Source: Solirubrobacterales bacterium
Lineage (GTDB): Bacteria > Actinomycetota > Thermoleophilia > Solirubrobacterales > JBBDJG01
Reading direction: 5' to 3'
Assembly: GCA_040880005.1 (NCBI GenBank)
Contig: JBBDJG010000035.1
Location: 1 to 63,018 of the forward strand
Length of the DNA: 63,018 nucleotides
The notes under the pieces are model-generated. The model was not told where the DNA came from. It did not search any database and saw only the letters and a list, made by a program, of their open reading frames with translations. Below are positions 9,238 to 20,928 of this stretch, one piece after another (the first letter of the stretch is position 1; every line of letters starts with the position of its first letter). The position numbers were made by a program, and so were the translations under genes.

Positions 9238-12200
9238 TCAGCCGCTCTTGCTGAGCGCGATGGCCAGCTCGGCGCCGTCGATCATGATCACCTGCAGATG
9301 CTGAGCATTCGGCTCGACCCCGTCGATGTTCAACGCGGTGGCCAGCGTTTCCCCGGCGACGTAGCCGGAGTGCTCGCGTACGGCGTCGAGCAACGCCGGG
9401 TCGCCCGATAGCCATAGCTCAATGCGGTCTTCGACCTCGAGGCCGGCCGCCTTGCGCGCGTTCTGGATCGCGTGCACGACTTCGCGAGCCGCGCCCTCGC
9501 GACGCAGCACGTCGTCGAGGTCGAGCCGCAGCGCGACGGCGTAGCTGGCCTGACGTTCGAGCTGGTAACCCTCACGCGGCAACATCACGAGCTGAAGATC
9601 ATCGGCGGTCAACGCGTGCTCGGTCCCCTCGACATTGACGCCAATGCTCTCTCCTCGATCGAACGCGGCCGCGACGTGCGCGGGGTCGAGTGACTCGATC
9701 GCCGCCTTCGCCTGTGGCATCTTCGAGCCGAAGCGCGGTCCCAGGGCGCGGAAGTTGGGCTTGACCTCGTACTGGGCCAGCTCGTCTGCCTCGGTCACGT
9801 ACGACACGGACTTCACGTTCAGCTCGTCCAGCACAAGCCCTTCGAGGCGCTCGATCGCGGCCCGCTCGCGGTCGTTGGCGACGACGATCGCCTCCGGCAG
9901 GGGTTGACGCACCTTGACCTTGGCTTGGCTGCGGGCCGCACGGCCAAGCTCGACGGTTCGCCGCGCAACGGTCATGTCGAACTCCAGCTCCTTGTCGATC
10001 AGCACGGCGTCAGCATCCGGATAGTCGCACAGGTGCACGGACACTTCGGACCCGTCGAGGTTTGAGTAGATCTCATCCGCGACGAACGGCGTGAAAGGCG
10101 CCAGCAGCTTGGCGATCGTGACGAGCGCCTCCTGCAACGTCAGATAGGCGGCCGTCTTGTCGTCGCCGGAGCCGTCGTCGCCCGGATTCCAGAAGCGCCG
10201 ACGGCTGCGCCGCACGTACCAATTCGAGAGGTCGTCCACCAACGCCGCGATCGACCGGCCGGCCGAGGTCGTGTCGTAGGCGTCCAGCTCGTCGCGCGCG
10301 GCCGAAACGGCGCTCTGCAGCCGCGACAGCAGCCAGCGGTCCAGCTCCGGCCGCTGTGCCACCGGCAGCTCGTGCTGCGCGTGGTCGAAGTCATCGACGT
10401 TCGCGTAGAGCACGTAGAAGCTATACGTGTTCCAGAGCGTGAGCAGGAATTTGCGCACGCTCTCACCGACCGTGTCAACCGAGAAGCGGTAGCCCGACCA
10501 GGGCTGCTGGGAGGTGAAGTAGTACCAGCGGAACGCGTCCGCCCCGTGAGCGTTGATCACGTCCCAAGGCGCGACCACGTTGCCGCGGCTCTTTGACATC
10601 TTCTGGCCCTCGGGGTCGAGGATCAGGCCCAGGCAGAGCACCGTCCGATAGCTGGACTCGCCGAACAGCAAAGTCGAGATCGCGAGCAGCGAATAGAACC
10701 ACCCGCGCGTTTGGTCGAGTGCCTCGCAGATGAAGTCGGCGGGAAAGCGCTCGCGGAACTGCTCGTCGTTCTCGAACTCGTAATGGAACTGGGCGAACGG
10801 CATCGCGCCCGAGTCGAACCAGGCGTCGATCACCTCGGGCACGCGCGCCATCGGCTTGCCGCAGGCCGGGCAATCGAAGCCGACCTCGTCGATGTGAGGG
10901 CGGTGCGGGTCGTCGGGCACGGTCGCACCCAGCTCGCGCAGCTCGGCGTACGAGCCTACGCAGTGCTCGTGCCCGTCGGGGCAGCGCCAGATCGGCAGCG
11001 GCGTGCCCCAGTAGCGCTCGCGCGACAGCGCCCAATCGACGTTGCTCTCCAGCCACTTGCCGAAGCGGCCTTGTTTGATGTGGAACGGGTGCCAATCGAT
11101 CTGCTCGTTGTTGGCGATCAACTCGTCGCGCACCGCGGTCGTGCGAATGTACCAGCTTGCCTTCGCGTAGTAGAGCAGCGGTGTGTCACATCGCCAGCAG
11201 TGCGGATAAGCGTGCTCGTAGGTCTGCGAGCGGAACAGCAGATCGCGCTCGCGCAAGTCGTCGATGATCGCCGGATCGGCGTCCTTGACGAACTGGCCCG
11301 CGAAGTCGGACACGACATCCTCGTAGGTGCCGTCGGCGCGAACCGGATTGACCACCGGCAGGTCGTGTTCAGTCGCCACGCCGAGGTCGTCTTCCCCGAA
11401 CGCGGGCGCGATGTGGACCAAGCCGGTGCCATCCTCGGTCGTCACGAAGGTCGCCGGCCAGACCCGGTGGGCACGTTCGCCGAGATCGTCGAGGTAAGGG
11501 AAAAGCGGCTCGTAGCGCGTCTGCTCGAGGGCCGTGCCGGGGAAGCGCTCCAGCTCCTGCGGCCGCTCGTCGCCGAACACGGGCTCGACCAGTGGCGCCG
11601 CCAGCACGAGCACCTCGTCGCCGGCGCGGACACGAACGTAGTCAACATCCGGGGCAACAGCGACGGCCACGTTGGAGATCAGCGTCCACGGCGTCGTCGT
11701 CCACACCAGCAGCGAGTCGCCCCGCTCGATCGGCGCTTGCGGCCCCGACTCGGCGACGCGGAATCGCACGTACACCGACGGATCGGAGATGTCCTTGTAG
11801 CCGAGCGCGACCTCGTGGCTCGACAGTGCCGTGCCACAGCGCGGGCAGTAGGGAACGACCTTGTGCCCCTCGTAGAGCAGGCCCTTGTCCCATATCTGTC
11901 GCAACGCCCACCAGACCGACTCGACGTAGTCGTTCGACATCGTGATGTAGGCGTCGTCGAGGTCGATCCAGAAGCCGATCCGCTCGGTCAACTCGTTCCA
12001 GTCGCCGACGTAGGAGAAGACCGACTCGCGGCAGCGCTGGTTGAACTCGGCTATGCCGTAGTCCTCGATCTCCTGCTTGGAGCTGATGCCGAGCTGACGC
12101 TCGACCTCCAGCTCGACCGGCAACCCGTGGCAGTCCCACCCGGCCTTGCGCGGCACGCGGAAGCCCCGCATCGTCTTGTAGCGGGGAAAGATGTCCTTGA

Positions 12201-12396
12201 ACACGCGCGAGAGCACGTGATGCGACCCGGGCTGGCCGTTGGCGGTCGGCGGGCCCTCGTAGAACACGTAGAGGGGGGCACCCTCGCGCCGGCGCAGCGT
12301 CTCGTGGAACACGTCGAGTTCGCGCCAGCGCTCGAGCACGCGCTGTTCCAGCACGGGAAAGCTCTGGCTGGTCTCGACCGGACGGTAGCGCGCCAT
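9238..12396 (-). CDS. ileS: Isoleucine--tRNA ligase, type 2 (IleRS2)
   Basis: 1052 aa; EGPPTANGQPGSHH, GWDCHGLP, WTTTPWTL, SRERYWGTP, DQTRGWF, KMSKS; IleRS2-type C-terminus without a Zn finger. Confidence 0.97.
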   Translation of the reverse strand: MARYRPVETSQSFPVLEQRVLERWRELDVFHETLRRREGAPLYVFYEGPPTANGQPGSHHVLSRVFKDIFPRYKTMRGFRVPRKAGWDCHGLPVELEVERQLGISSKQEIEDYGIAEFNQRCRESVFSYVGDWNELTERIGFWIDLDDAYITMSNDYVESVWWALRQIWDKGLLYEGHKVVPYCPRCGTALSSHEVALGYKDISDPSVYVRFRVAESGPQAPIERGDSLLVWTTTPWTLISNVAVAVAPDVDYVRVRAGDEVLVLAAPLVEPVFGDERPQELERFPGTALEQTRYEPLFPYLDDLGERAHRVWPATFVTTEDGTGLVHIAPAFGEDDLGVATEHDLPVVNPVRADGTYEDVVSDFAGQFVKDADPAIIDDLRERDLLFRSQTYEHAYPHCWRCDTPLLYYAKASWYIRTTAVRDELIANNEQIDWHPFHIKQGRFGKWLESNVDWALSRERYWGTPLPIWRCPDGHEHCVGSYAELRELGATVPDDPHRPHIDEVGFDCPACGKPMARVPEVIDAWFDSGAMPFAQFHYEFENDEQFRERFPADFICEALDQTRGWFYSLLAISTLLFGESSYRTVLCLGLILDPEGQKMSKSRGNVVAPWDVINAHGADAFRWYYFTSQQPWSGYRFSVDTVGESVRKFLLTLWNTYSFYVLYANVDDFDHAQHELPVAQRPELDRWLLSRLQSAVSAARDELDAYDTTSAGRSIAALVDDLSNWYVRRSRRRFWNPGDDGSGDDKTAAYLTLQEALVTIAKLLAPFTPFVADEIYSNLDGSEVSVHLCDYPDADAVLIDKELEFDMTVARRTVELGRAARSQAKVKVRQPLPEAIVVANDRERAAIERLEGLVLDELNVKSVSYVTEADELAQYEVKPNFRALGPRFGSKMPQAKAAIESLDPAHVAAAFDRGESIGVNVEGTEHALTADDLQLVMLPREGYQLERQASYAVALRLDLDDVLRREGAAREVVHAIQNARKAAGLEVEDRIELWLSGDPALLDAVREHSGYVAGETLATALNIDGVEPNAQHLQVIMIDGAELAIALSKSG

Positions 12397-12607
12397 CAGC
12401 GAGTGATTCTAGGAGGCCGCCACCACGTCGTTGCGCGGAAACCGGGTGGCCGGGCCGGGAGGAGTCAAAACTTGCCGGCCCGGAAACACCCAGTAGTGTC
12501 ACCCCTCCGGGCGCTTGCGATCGCCCGATGTGACTTGCGCCGGCATACTACCGCACCGCATTGCCTTGCACAGCGCATCACCGTTCCCAGCCGAGGAGAA
12601 GACGCGA

Positions 12608-13054
12608 CTACGCGGCCCGGTCGAGCTTGCGGCACAGCCGGGCCAACTCGCGCTTCTCCTGATCGTCCAGCGTCGTGAAGGCATCTCGCACCCGCCGGGC
12701 GTGGTCGGGGAACAGCTCCCTCATCAGCTCCTCTCCGACGGGCGTGATCCAAATCAGCACGGCCCGGCGGTCACGCATGCTGCGCTCGCGCCGGATGAAT
12801 CCCCGCGACTCGAGCGTTCCCGTGACCTCCGAGGCGTTCGCCTTGCTGAAGCCGAGGCGATGGCGCAGCGTGCGCAACTCGAGGCAGCCGCCGGCGGACT
12901 CGAGCACGACCAGCATCGCGAAGCCGGTCGCCGAGAGACCGCGGCGTTCGACCTCGGCCGCCAATCGCCGGGTCAGCCGTGTCTCAGCACGCACGAGAGC
13001 ATCGAGCGCGCGGTGCGCGAGTGGGTCCTCCAGCAGCGTGGAAAGGTTCGTCAT
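12608..13054 (-). CDS. MarR family transcriptional regulator
   Basis: 148 aa wHTH; LESRGFIRR..DRRAVLIWIT..G motif. Confidence 0.9.
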   Translation of the reverse strand: MTNLSTLLEDPLAHRALDALVRAETRLTRRLAAEVERRGLSATGFAMLVVLESAGGCLELRTLRHRLGFSKANASEVTGTLESRGFIRRERSMRDRRAVLIWITPVGEELMRELFPDHARRVRDAFTTLDDQEKRELARLCRKLDRAA

Positions 13055-13134
13055 TTGCGGAAAAAGCTAGGCGTAGCAGCGGACAACCAAAACCCTGGGA
13101 CAATCTCGCTTGCCGCTCGCCGGCAATTGAAACC

Positions 13135-14022
13135 GTGCACTCGCAACTAGCCCACATAGCGCCCGGACCGTTCGAACCGCTCCAGCCACTGCTGGCAGCG
13201 CTCGTCGTGTACGCGTATGCGACGCGCGCTCGCACGCTGGCGCGGCGCGAGCAGCCGGTGCCCGCATGGCGACAGATCTGCTTCTACGGCGGCCTCGCAA
13301 CACTTCTGGTCGCCGTGTACTCGCCGCTCGGCGAGCTTTCCGACGAGCTGCTGTTCGCGCACATGGCCCAGCACCTGCTGCTGGCCGACATCGCGGCGCT
13401 GGCGATCGTGCTCGGCTTGACCGGGCCGCTGATCGCGCCGCTGCTGCGCGTGCGCCTGTTCGATCGCATGCGGGTGCTGAGCAATCCCCTGATCGCCCTG
13501 CCGCTTTGGGTGCTCGACCTCTACGTCTGGCATCTGCCGGTCTTCTATGAGGCCGCGCTGCGACACGAGCTGGTGCACGGACTCGAGCACATGATGTTCA
13601 TCGGCTTTGCCGTCAACATGTGGATGCCGCTGTTCGGGCCGCTGCCGCAACCGGCGTGGTTCACCAATTTCTGGAAGCTCATCTACATCATCGCGGTGCG
13701 GTTGATCGGTGCGCTGCTCGGCAACGTCTTCGTCTGGTCGGGCACGATCTTCTATCCGCACTATGCGCACGGCGAACGCGCCTGGCAGATTTCGCCGCTC
13801 AACGACCAGGGTCTCGCCGGAACGGCGATGATGATCGAGGGCAGCCTGCTCACGCTCGGGCTGTTCGCGTGGCTGTTCTTCAAGGCGGCGCGCGAGGGGG
13901 AGGAGCGCCAGCAACTCGTCGAGCTGGCCCAGTCGCGCGGGGTGCCGCTCACCGAGGAGCGGGCCGGGCGCGCCGTCGCGGCCGGTCGCGGCGCGGCGTT
14001 GCGCGAGCGGATTCGCGGTTAG
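13135..14022 (+). CDS. ctaG: Cytochrome c oxidase assembly factor, Caa3_CtaG family
   Basis: LFAHMAQHLLL, YVWHLP, HGLEH, DQGLAG..M motifs; start uncertain. Confidence 0.85.
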   Translation: MHSQLAHIAPGPFEPLQPLLAALVVYAYATRARTLARREQPVPAWRQICFYGGLATLLVAVYSPLGELSDELLFAHMAQHLLLADIAALAIVLGLTGPLIAPLLRVRLFDRMRVLSNPLIALPLWVLDLYVWHLPVFYEAALRHELVHGLEHMMFIGFAVNMWMPLFGPLPQPAWFTNFWKLIYIIAVRLIGALLGNVFVWSGTIFYPHYAHGERAWQISPLNDQGLAGTAMMIEGSLLTLGLFAWLFFKAAREGEERQQLVELAQSRGVPLTEERAGRAVAAGRGAALRERIRG

Positions 14023-14033
14023 CGGGTCTCCCG

Positions 14034-15347
<1,314 letters not shown>

Positions 15348-15452
15348 CGCAGAGGATCGCCCTCGAAATGCATCGTCGAGCACTCTAGTCCGTGCGGGCC
15401 CAAAACGAGGCTCTCGGCGGAAACTCACGGGTCGTGCGCGGTTTCATGTGGC

Positions 15453-15588
15453 GGGTGGTTGCTTACAGCCTGCCGAGCGGGTAGGCTGCTCGGTGCGAAT
15501 CCCCAACACAGAGGGCCCACGGATTTAGGAGCTTCCTCTGTGACTTGCGCCGCGGCCGGGCCGCTTGCCGGCTCGGTCGCGGCCACCC
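15453..15588 (+). ncRNA. Candidate structured non-coding element of unknown family
   Basis: Three adjacent stems (9, 8 and 15 bp) whose G-U pairs work only on the + strand; no credible ORF in the intergenic gap. Confidence 0.3.
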
Positions 15589-15616
15589 CCTTCCAATACC
15601 GGCAGATAGCCGCCCG

Positions 15617-16765
15617 CTACGGGCGGCTATCTCGTGCCGAGGCGCGCCGCAAGCTGAACCACGTGTCGCGCAAACCGAGCCGGGCGCGAAGCGCGGGCCC
15701 GGTCGTGAGAGTCGATCCGCGCGATCCGCGCACCCGCGCTCTCACTATGCGCGGCGAGGATCCGCGCTTGACCACGTCAAGTCCCTCGAACGCTCCCTTA
15801 ACCAAGTTGCCGAGCTTCGCCGTGAGCTGGCCGGTCGTGTAGCGATACGGGCCCCAGCGATGGTAGGGGGAGGTTGTGTCGTACGGATCCTCGACTCCCT
15901 TCAGCCACGGCTGCGGCTTGCTTCCGAGGAACACGTTCTGCACGTCCTCGGTGTGCCCACCCGAGGTGGAGAAGAAGTAGGTCACCGCGACCTTGCCGCG
16001 GTACGTGACGACCTCGCCGCGCGTACGTGCCACCGCTGCGTTGGTCGCCCGTGTCTCGCCGCCGACACCGCGGTAGACCTGGCTGCGGGTATCCGCATAC
16101 TGGTCGAACCCCTTGCCGCCGACGTCGGTGGCGAGCGCGTAGCTGCGCGCTGCGACGGCCTGCGCGCGCAGTTCGGCGGCCGGCCACGACGAGGGGCTCT
16201 CGCTCGCGACCACGCCCTTCACATACTGGTCGAGGCCGATCGCGTTGATCGCGTTGAGCCCCGGGCCGCTGGCGGTGCGGATCTCGATCGCGTCGCGGTA
16301 GCGCCCGCTCGAGGTTCCGTTTTGAGCGGCGCCGAGCAGTCGCACGGCCCGGCGGCCGCGCACGCTCACCGTGCCCTGCGCGGACGCAACGACACGGCCG
16401 GAGGAGTCGCGCAGGACGACCCGTGAGCCGCTGCGTCTTGCGCGGTAGGTGGATCCCGGCGCAAGCCGGCGCCCACCTGCGCTGGTCGCACCGCGTACGG
16501 CCACGCGCCCCCGGTTGGCCTGGAGCAGCACGCGCACGGTTTGACCACTGCGGTTGCCGATGCTCGTGCCCGTGTAGTAGTGGCGCAGGATCTCGCGGTG
16601 GTCGCGGCCATGGCGAGCGAGACCGTAGGCGCCGTACTGGCTCATGCCGATTCCGTGTCCCCAGCCGGCGCCTCGCAACGACCAGCGCGCGGCGGGCGCG
16701 GCGGCGGGCGCGGCCAGCAGGGCCGCCAGCACGAGGATTGAAACTGTGGCAAATCGTCTCGCCAT
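15617..16765 (-). CDS. SpoIID/LytB-domain secreted lytic transglycosylase-like protein
   Basis: Signal peptide; GWGHGIGMSQYGA, YVKGVVASE, AQAVAARSY, SQVY, FSTSGGHTE. Confidence 0.92.
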   Translation of the reverse strand: MARRFATVSILVLAALLAAPAAAPAARWSLRGAGWGHGIGMSQYGAYGLARHGRDHREILRHYYTGTSIGNRSGQTVRVLLQANRGRVAVRGATSAGGRRLAPGSTYRARRSGSRVVLRDSSGRVVASAQGTVSVRGRRAVRLLGAAQNGTSSGRYRDAIEIRTASGPGLNAINAIGLDQYVKGVVASESPSSWPAAELRAQAVAARSYALATDVGGKGFDQYADTRSQVYRGVGGETRATNAAVARTRGEVVTYRGKVAVTYFFSTSGGHTEDVQNVFLGSKPQPWLKGVEDPYDTTSPYHRWGPYRYTTGQLTAKLGNLVKGAFEGLDVVKRGSSPRIVRARVRGSRGSTLTTGPALRARLGLRDTWFSLRRASARDSRP

Positions 16766-16840
16766 CGTGGATCAAGTATCGCCATTGCGGCAAGGCGACG
16801 ATACGGTTGCAATACATTTCGCTTACAAGAGAGGCAAGCG

Positions 16841-18313
16841 GTGGCGGTCAATACCGGCATAAACGAGCACAACGCGATCGAATCGGTACCCAAGCAGCTG
16901 CTGATCGGCGGCCGGTGGGTGGACGGCTCGAGCGGCTCCCGGCTGGCGGTGGAGGATCCCTCGACCGGCGAGACGATCGCCGAGGTTGCCGACGCGACCG
17001 CGCACGATGCCCACGCCGCGCTCGACGCCGCCGCGACCGCTCAGCGGACGTGGCGCGACCACCCGCCGCGCGAGCGTGCGGAGATTCTGCGCCGCGCACA
17101 CGAAGCGCTGATCGACCGCATCGACGAGCTGGCGATGGTGATGACGCTCGAGATGGGCAAGCCGTTGGCCGAGTCGCAGGGCGAGATCCGCTACGCGGCC
17201 GACTTCCTGCGCTGGTTCTCGGAGGAGGCGGTGCGAATCGCCGGCCGCTACCAGGTCGCGCCCGGCGGTCAGGGGCGCTTCATCGTGATGAAGCAGCCGG
17301 TCGGGCCAAGCTATCTGGTGACGCCCTGGAACTTCCCGGCGGCGATGGCGGCGCGCAAGATCGGCCCGGCGATCGCGGCCGGCTGCACGGCAATCCTCAA
17401 ACCAGCAAAGCAGGCGCCTCTCAGCGCGCTCGCGCTCGCGCAGATCATGCAGGACTGCGGTTTGCCCGACGGCGTGCTGAACGTGATCACCTCGTCCAGC
17501 GCCGGCGCCGTCTCGGAGCCGATCGTCAACGACCCGCGGCTGCGCAAGCTGAGCTTCACCGGCTCGACGGAGATCGGGCGCAAGCTGATCGAGCAGTCCG
17601 CGCATCAGGTGCTGAACACCTCGATGGAGCTTGGAGGCAACGCACCCTTCCTGGTGTTCGACGACGCCGACCTCGACGACGCGGTCGAGGGCGCGTTGCT
17701 GGCCAAGATGCGCAACATCGGCGAAGCGTGCACCACCGCCAACCGCTTCTACGTCGCCGACTCACTCGCACACGACTTCGCGGCGCGTCTGGGCGAGCGG
17801 ATGGGGTCGATGAAGGTCGGGCGCGGCACCGACGAGGGCGCGCAGGTCGGCCCGCTGATCGACGACCGCGCGCGCGCCAAGGTCGATGAGCTGGTCACCG
17901 ACGCGGTCGGCCGAGGGGCGGCGGTGATCATCGGTGGGCACCGCGGCGAGGGCGCCGGCTACTTCTACATGCCGACCGTGCTAGGGAACGTCCCCGAGGG
18001 CGCACGCGTGTTGAAGGAGGAGATATTCGGCCCGGTCGCTCCGGTGAAGTCGTTCACCTCCGAGCAGCAGGCGATCGAGTGGGCCAACGACACCGAGTAC
18101 GGGCTCGTCGCCTACGTCTATACGCGCGACCTGGGACGTGCCTTCCGGGTGATGGAGGCGCTCGAGTACGGGATGGTCGGGCTCAATCGCGGCATCGTGT
18201 CCGACCCGGCGGCGCCTTTTGGCGGCGTCAAGCATTCGGGACTGGGCCGTGAGGGCGGTTTCGAGGGCATCGACGAGTACCTCGAAACGAAGTACTGCGC
18301 CGTGTCGTTCTAG
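16841..18313 (+). CDS. gabD: NAD(P)-dependent succinate-semialdehyde dehydrogenase
   Basis: TPWNFP, FTGSTEIG, MELGGNAP, RNIGEAC, EEIFGP, PFGGVKHSGLGREG. Confidence 0.88.
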   Translation: MAVNTGINEHNAIESVPKQLLIGGRWVDGSSGSRLAVEDPSTGETIAEVADATAHDAHAALDAAATAQRTWRDHPPRERAEILRRAHEALIDRIDELAMVMTLEMGKPLAESQGEIRYAADFLRWFSEEAVRIAGRYQVAPGGQGRFIVMKQPVGPSYLVTPWNFPAAMAARKIGPAIAAGCTAILKPAKQAPLSALALAQIMQDCGLPDGVLNVITSSSAGAVSEPIVNDPRLRKLSFTGSTEIGRKLIEQSAHQVLNTSMELGGNAPFLVFDDADLDDAVEGALLAKMRNIGEACTTANRFYVADSLAHDFAARLGERMGSMKVGRGTDEGAQVGPLIDDRARAKVDELVTDAVGRGAAVIIGGHRGEGAGYFYMPTVLGNVPEGARVLKEEIFGPVAPVKSFTSEQQAIEWANDTEYGLVAYVYTRDLGRAFRVMEALEYGMVGLNRGIVSDPAAPFGGVKHSGLGREGGFEGIDEYLETKYCAVSF

Positions 18314-18440
18314 TTGTACCGCCCACACACCTTGTGAACGCGACTGATCGGCGGCCGGTCCCCGATCCCTGAGTGGGGCCTGCGCTCGTTGTAGTAGGCG
18401 ATCCAGTGTGGCAGAGCCCTGCGACGGTCATCACTCGAAC
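18310..18440 (-). mobile_element. IS481-family transposase 3' remnant
   Basis: Minus-strand frame reads ...RRRALPHWIAYYNERRPHSGIGDRPPISRVHKVCGRYN*, ending at ACA next to CTAG. Confidence 0.8.
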
Positions 18441-18486
18441 GGTCGAGACCTGACCGCCCCAAAGCGATCGACCCGCAGGGGATCGA

Positions 18487-19515
18487 TCAGCCCGTGAACT
18501 TGATCGTCAGCACGTCGCCGTCGCGCACCGCGTAGTCCTTGCCCTCCGAGCGCAACTTGCCCTGATCGCGCGCGGCCGCGAACGACCCGGCCGCGACCAG
18601 CTCGTCCCACGCGATCGCCTCCGCGCGCACGAAGCCCTGCTGCATGTCGGTGTGGATCCTGCCCGCGGCCTCGGGCGCCTTCGCGCCGGCGGGCACGCTC
18701 CACGCGCGCACCTCCTTGTTGTCGGCGGCGACGGTGAAGAAGGTGATCAGGTCGAGCACCGAGTACGCGGCTGCGATAAGGCGCTCGAGCGCGCCGGCGG
18801 CGATCCCCAGCTCAGCGCGCATGCTCTCGGCTTCGGTGGGCTCCAGCTCGGCCAACTCGGCCTCGTCGCGGGCGCCGATCGCGATCGCGCCAAGGTCGCG
18901 CAGCTCCGGCGGAACCTCGTCGCCCTCGGTGACGTTCGCGACCACCAGCGCGGGCTTCGATGTCAGCAGGTCGGCCTCGCGCGGCGCGCGGCGCCCGGCC
19001 TCCAATTCGGCCACTGCGCCGCGGCAAAGCTCCGCATCGGCGATCGCCTGCTTGTCGCCGGACTTGGCCGCTTTGCCGGCCTTCTCGAGCCTCGCACGCG
19101 CGCTCTCGAGGTCTGCGAGCAGCAGCTCGGCATCGACCGCCTCGACGTCGGCCAGGGGATCGATCTCGCCGTGCGGGTGGGCGACGTTGGGATGCTCGAA
19201 CGCGCGCACGACGTGCAGGATCGCATCGACCTCGCGGATGTGGCCGAGGAAGCGGTTGCCCAGCCCCTCGCCCTCGTGCGCACCACGCACCAGGCCGGCG
19301 ATGTCGACGAACTCGATCCGCTCGCGGACCTCGGCCTTCGGCGCGAACAGCTCGAACAGCGCGTCGAGCCGCTCGTCCGGCACCTCGACGATCGCCACAT
19401 TGGGATCGATCGTGGTGAACGGGTACTCGCCCACTTCGGCGGCGGCTTGCGTGAGCGCGTTGAACAGCGTCGACTTGCCGGCGTTCGGCAGGCCGACGAT
19501 GCCGATCCGCATCAT
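18487..19515 (-). CDS. ychF: Ribosome-associated ATPase YchF
   Basis: GLPNAGKST, YPFTTIDPN, DIAGLV.GA..GEGLGNRFL, TGS domain AAGRIHTD. Confidence 0.95.
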   Translation of the reverse strand: MMRIGIVGLPNAGKSTLFNALTQAAAEVGEYPFTTIDPNVAIVEVPDERLDALFELFAPKAEVRERIEFVDIAGLVRGAHEGEGLGNRFLGHIREVDAILHVVRAFEHPNVAHPHGEIDPLADVEAVDAELLLADLESARARLEKAGKAAKSGDKQAIADAELCRGAVAELEAGRRAPREADLLTSKPALVVANVTEGDEVPPELRDLGAIAIGARDEAELAELEPTEAESMRAELGIAAGALERLIAAAYSVLDLITFFTVAADNKEVRAWSVPAGAKAPEAAGRIHTDMQQGFVRAEAIAWDELVAAGSFAAARDQGKLRSEGKDYAVRDGDVLTIKFTG

Positions 19516-20012
19516 CGCGACGAAGCCCCGATCCCGATCGCGCTGCCGAGCACGGTACCCGCGAGCACGTCGCTCGGATAGTGCAGGCCGAGGTAGGGCC
19601 GTGTGAGCGACATCAACGTCGCCGCGGCCAGCATCGGTGTGCGCGTCGCCGGGGCCGACCAGGCAGCCGCGAACGAGCATGCCGCGTGGGCGGAGGGAAA
19701 CGAGTGGCTCGACGGGGTCCGGCCGAGCGCAAGCGATCCGTCGAGGTCGGGCCTTCGCCTCGCGACCAGTCGTTTCACGCAGTAGTTGATGGCGATCGTG
19801 GCCGGCACCAGCGCCGTCATCCGCAGCCAGCGGTCGCGTCTGCCGGGGTCGAGCGTCGAGCCGGTCAGCGCGACGGCAATCCAGCAGGCGCCGAACTCGC
19901 CGACCGTCGTGTAAGCGACCGCCGCCCGCTCGATCGCCGGCGAGTGAAGGCGGCTGCGCATGGTGGCGAGCGCGGCCCGGTCGAGCCGGGCGAGTGAGTC
20001 GAGGGTCCTCAA
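19512..20012 (-). CDS. PAP2 family phosphatase
   Basis: KRLVARRRP, SFPSAH, TRPYLGLHYPSDV; start uncertain. Confidence 0.88.
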   Translation of the reverse strand: MRTLDSLARLDRAALATMRSRLHSPAIERAAVAYTTVGEFGACWIAVALTGSTLDPGRRDRWLRMTALVPATIAINYCVKRLVARRRPDLDGSLALGRTPSSHSFPSAHAACSFAAAWSAPATRTPMLAAATLMSLTRPYLGLHYPSDVLAGTVLGSAIGIGASSR

Positions 20013-20025
20013 CGCAGGGCGAACA

Positions 20026-20663
<638 letters not shown>

Positions 20664-20667
<4 letters not shown>

Positions 20668-20897
20668 AGCCCCGAGAACCCGATGCGGTGATCGGGGGTG
20701 TCGGATTTGACGAAGACGATCTTGCGCAGGTCGAGCGACACCGGTCCGTCCGCCGTGTCCAGCTCGTACCAGCCGTCGCCGCCTCGCACCTCCTTGCGGA
20801 GCTTGTCGTAGTCGCGCTCGGCGATCTGCACGGATATCGCCTGTCCGCCGGCGAATCCAATCTCGACCCGCTTGTGCCCCTTGTTGTCCTCGGCCAA
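20664..20897 (-). CDS. Small hypothetical protein
   Basis: 77 aa; AAGGAG SD before TTG; stop overlaps the next ATG (ATGA); host-like codon usage. Confidence 0.8.
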
Positions 20898-20928
20898 CTC
20901 CAGCTCCTTCGTCGATACGGATTTCGTG

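Noticed and set aside
12397..12607. T-box riboswitch upstream of ileS
   Set aside because: No GGTGGnACC T-box motif on the coding strand; TAGAAT 9 nt before the ATG suggests a leaderless gene. The CCGGGCCGG/CCGGCCCGG inverted repeat (~12450-12483) is unassigned
10711..12678. Long antisense or alternative-frame ORFs (also 33291-35180, 39041-41086, 51004-52542 and others)
   Set aside because: Shadow ORFs expected in ~70% GC DNA opposite well-supported genes; no motifs
15490..15505. CGGTGCGAATCC as part of a cobalamin riboswitch
   Set aside because: The flanking AGGGAA and GCCACTG (B12 box) elements are missing and no gene lies downstream on that strand
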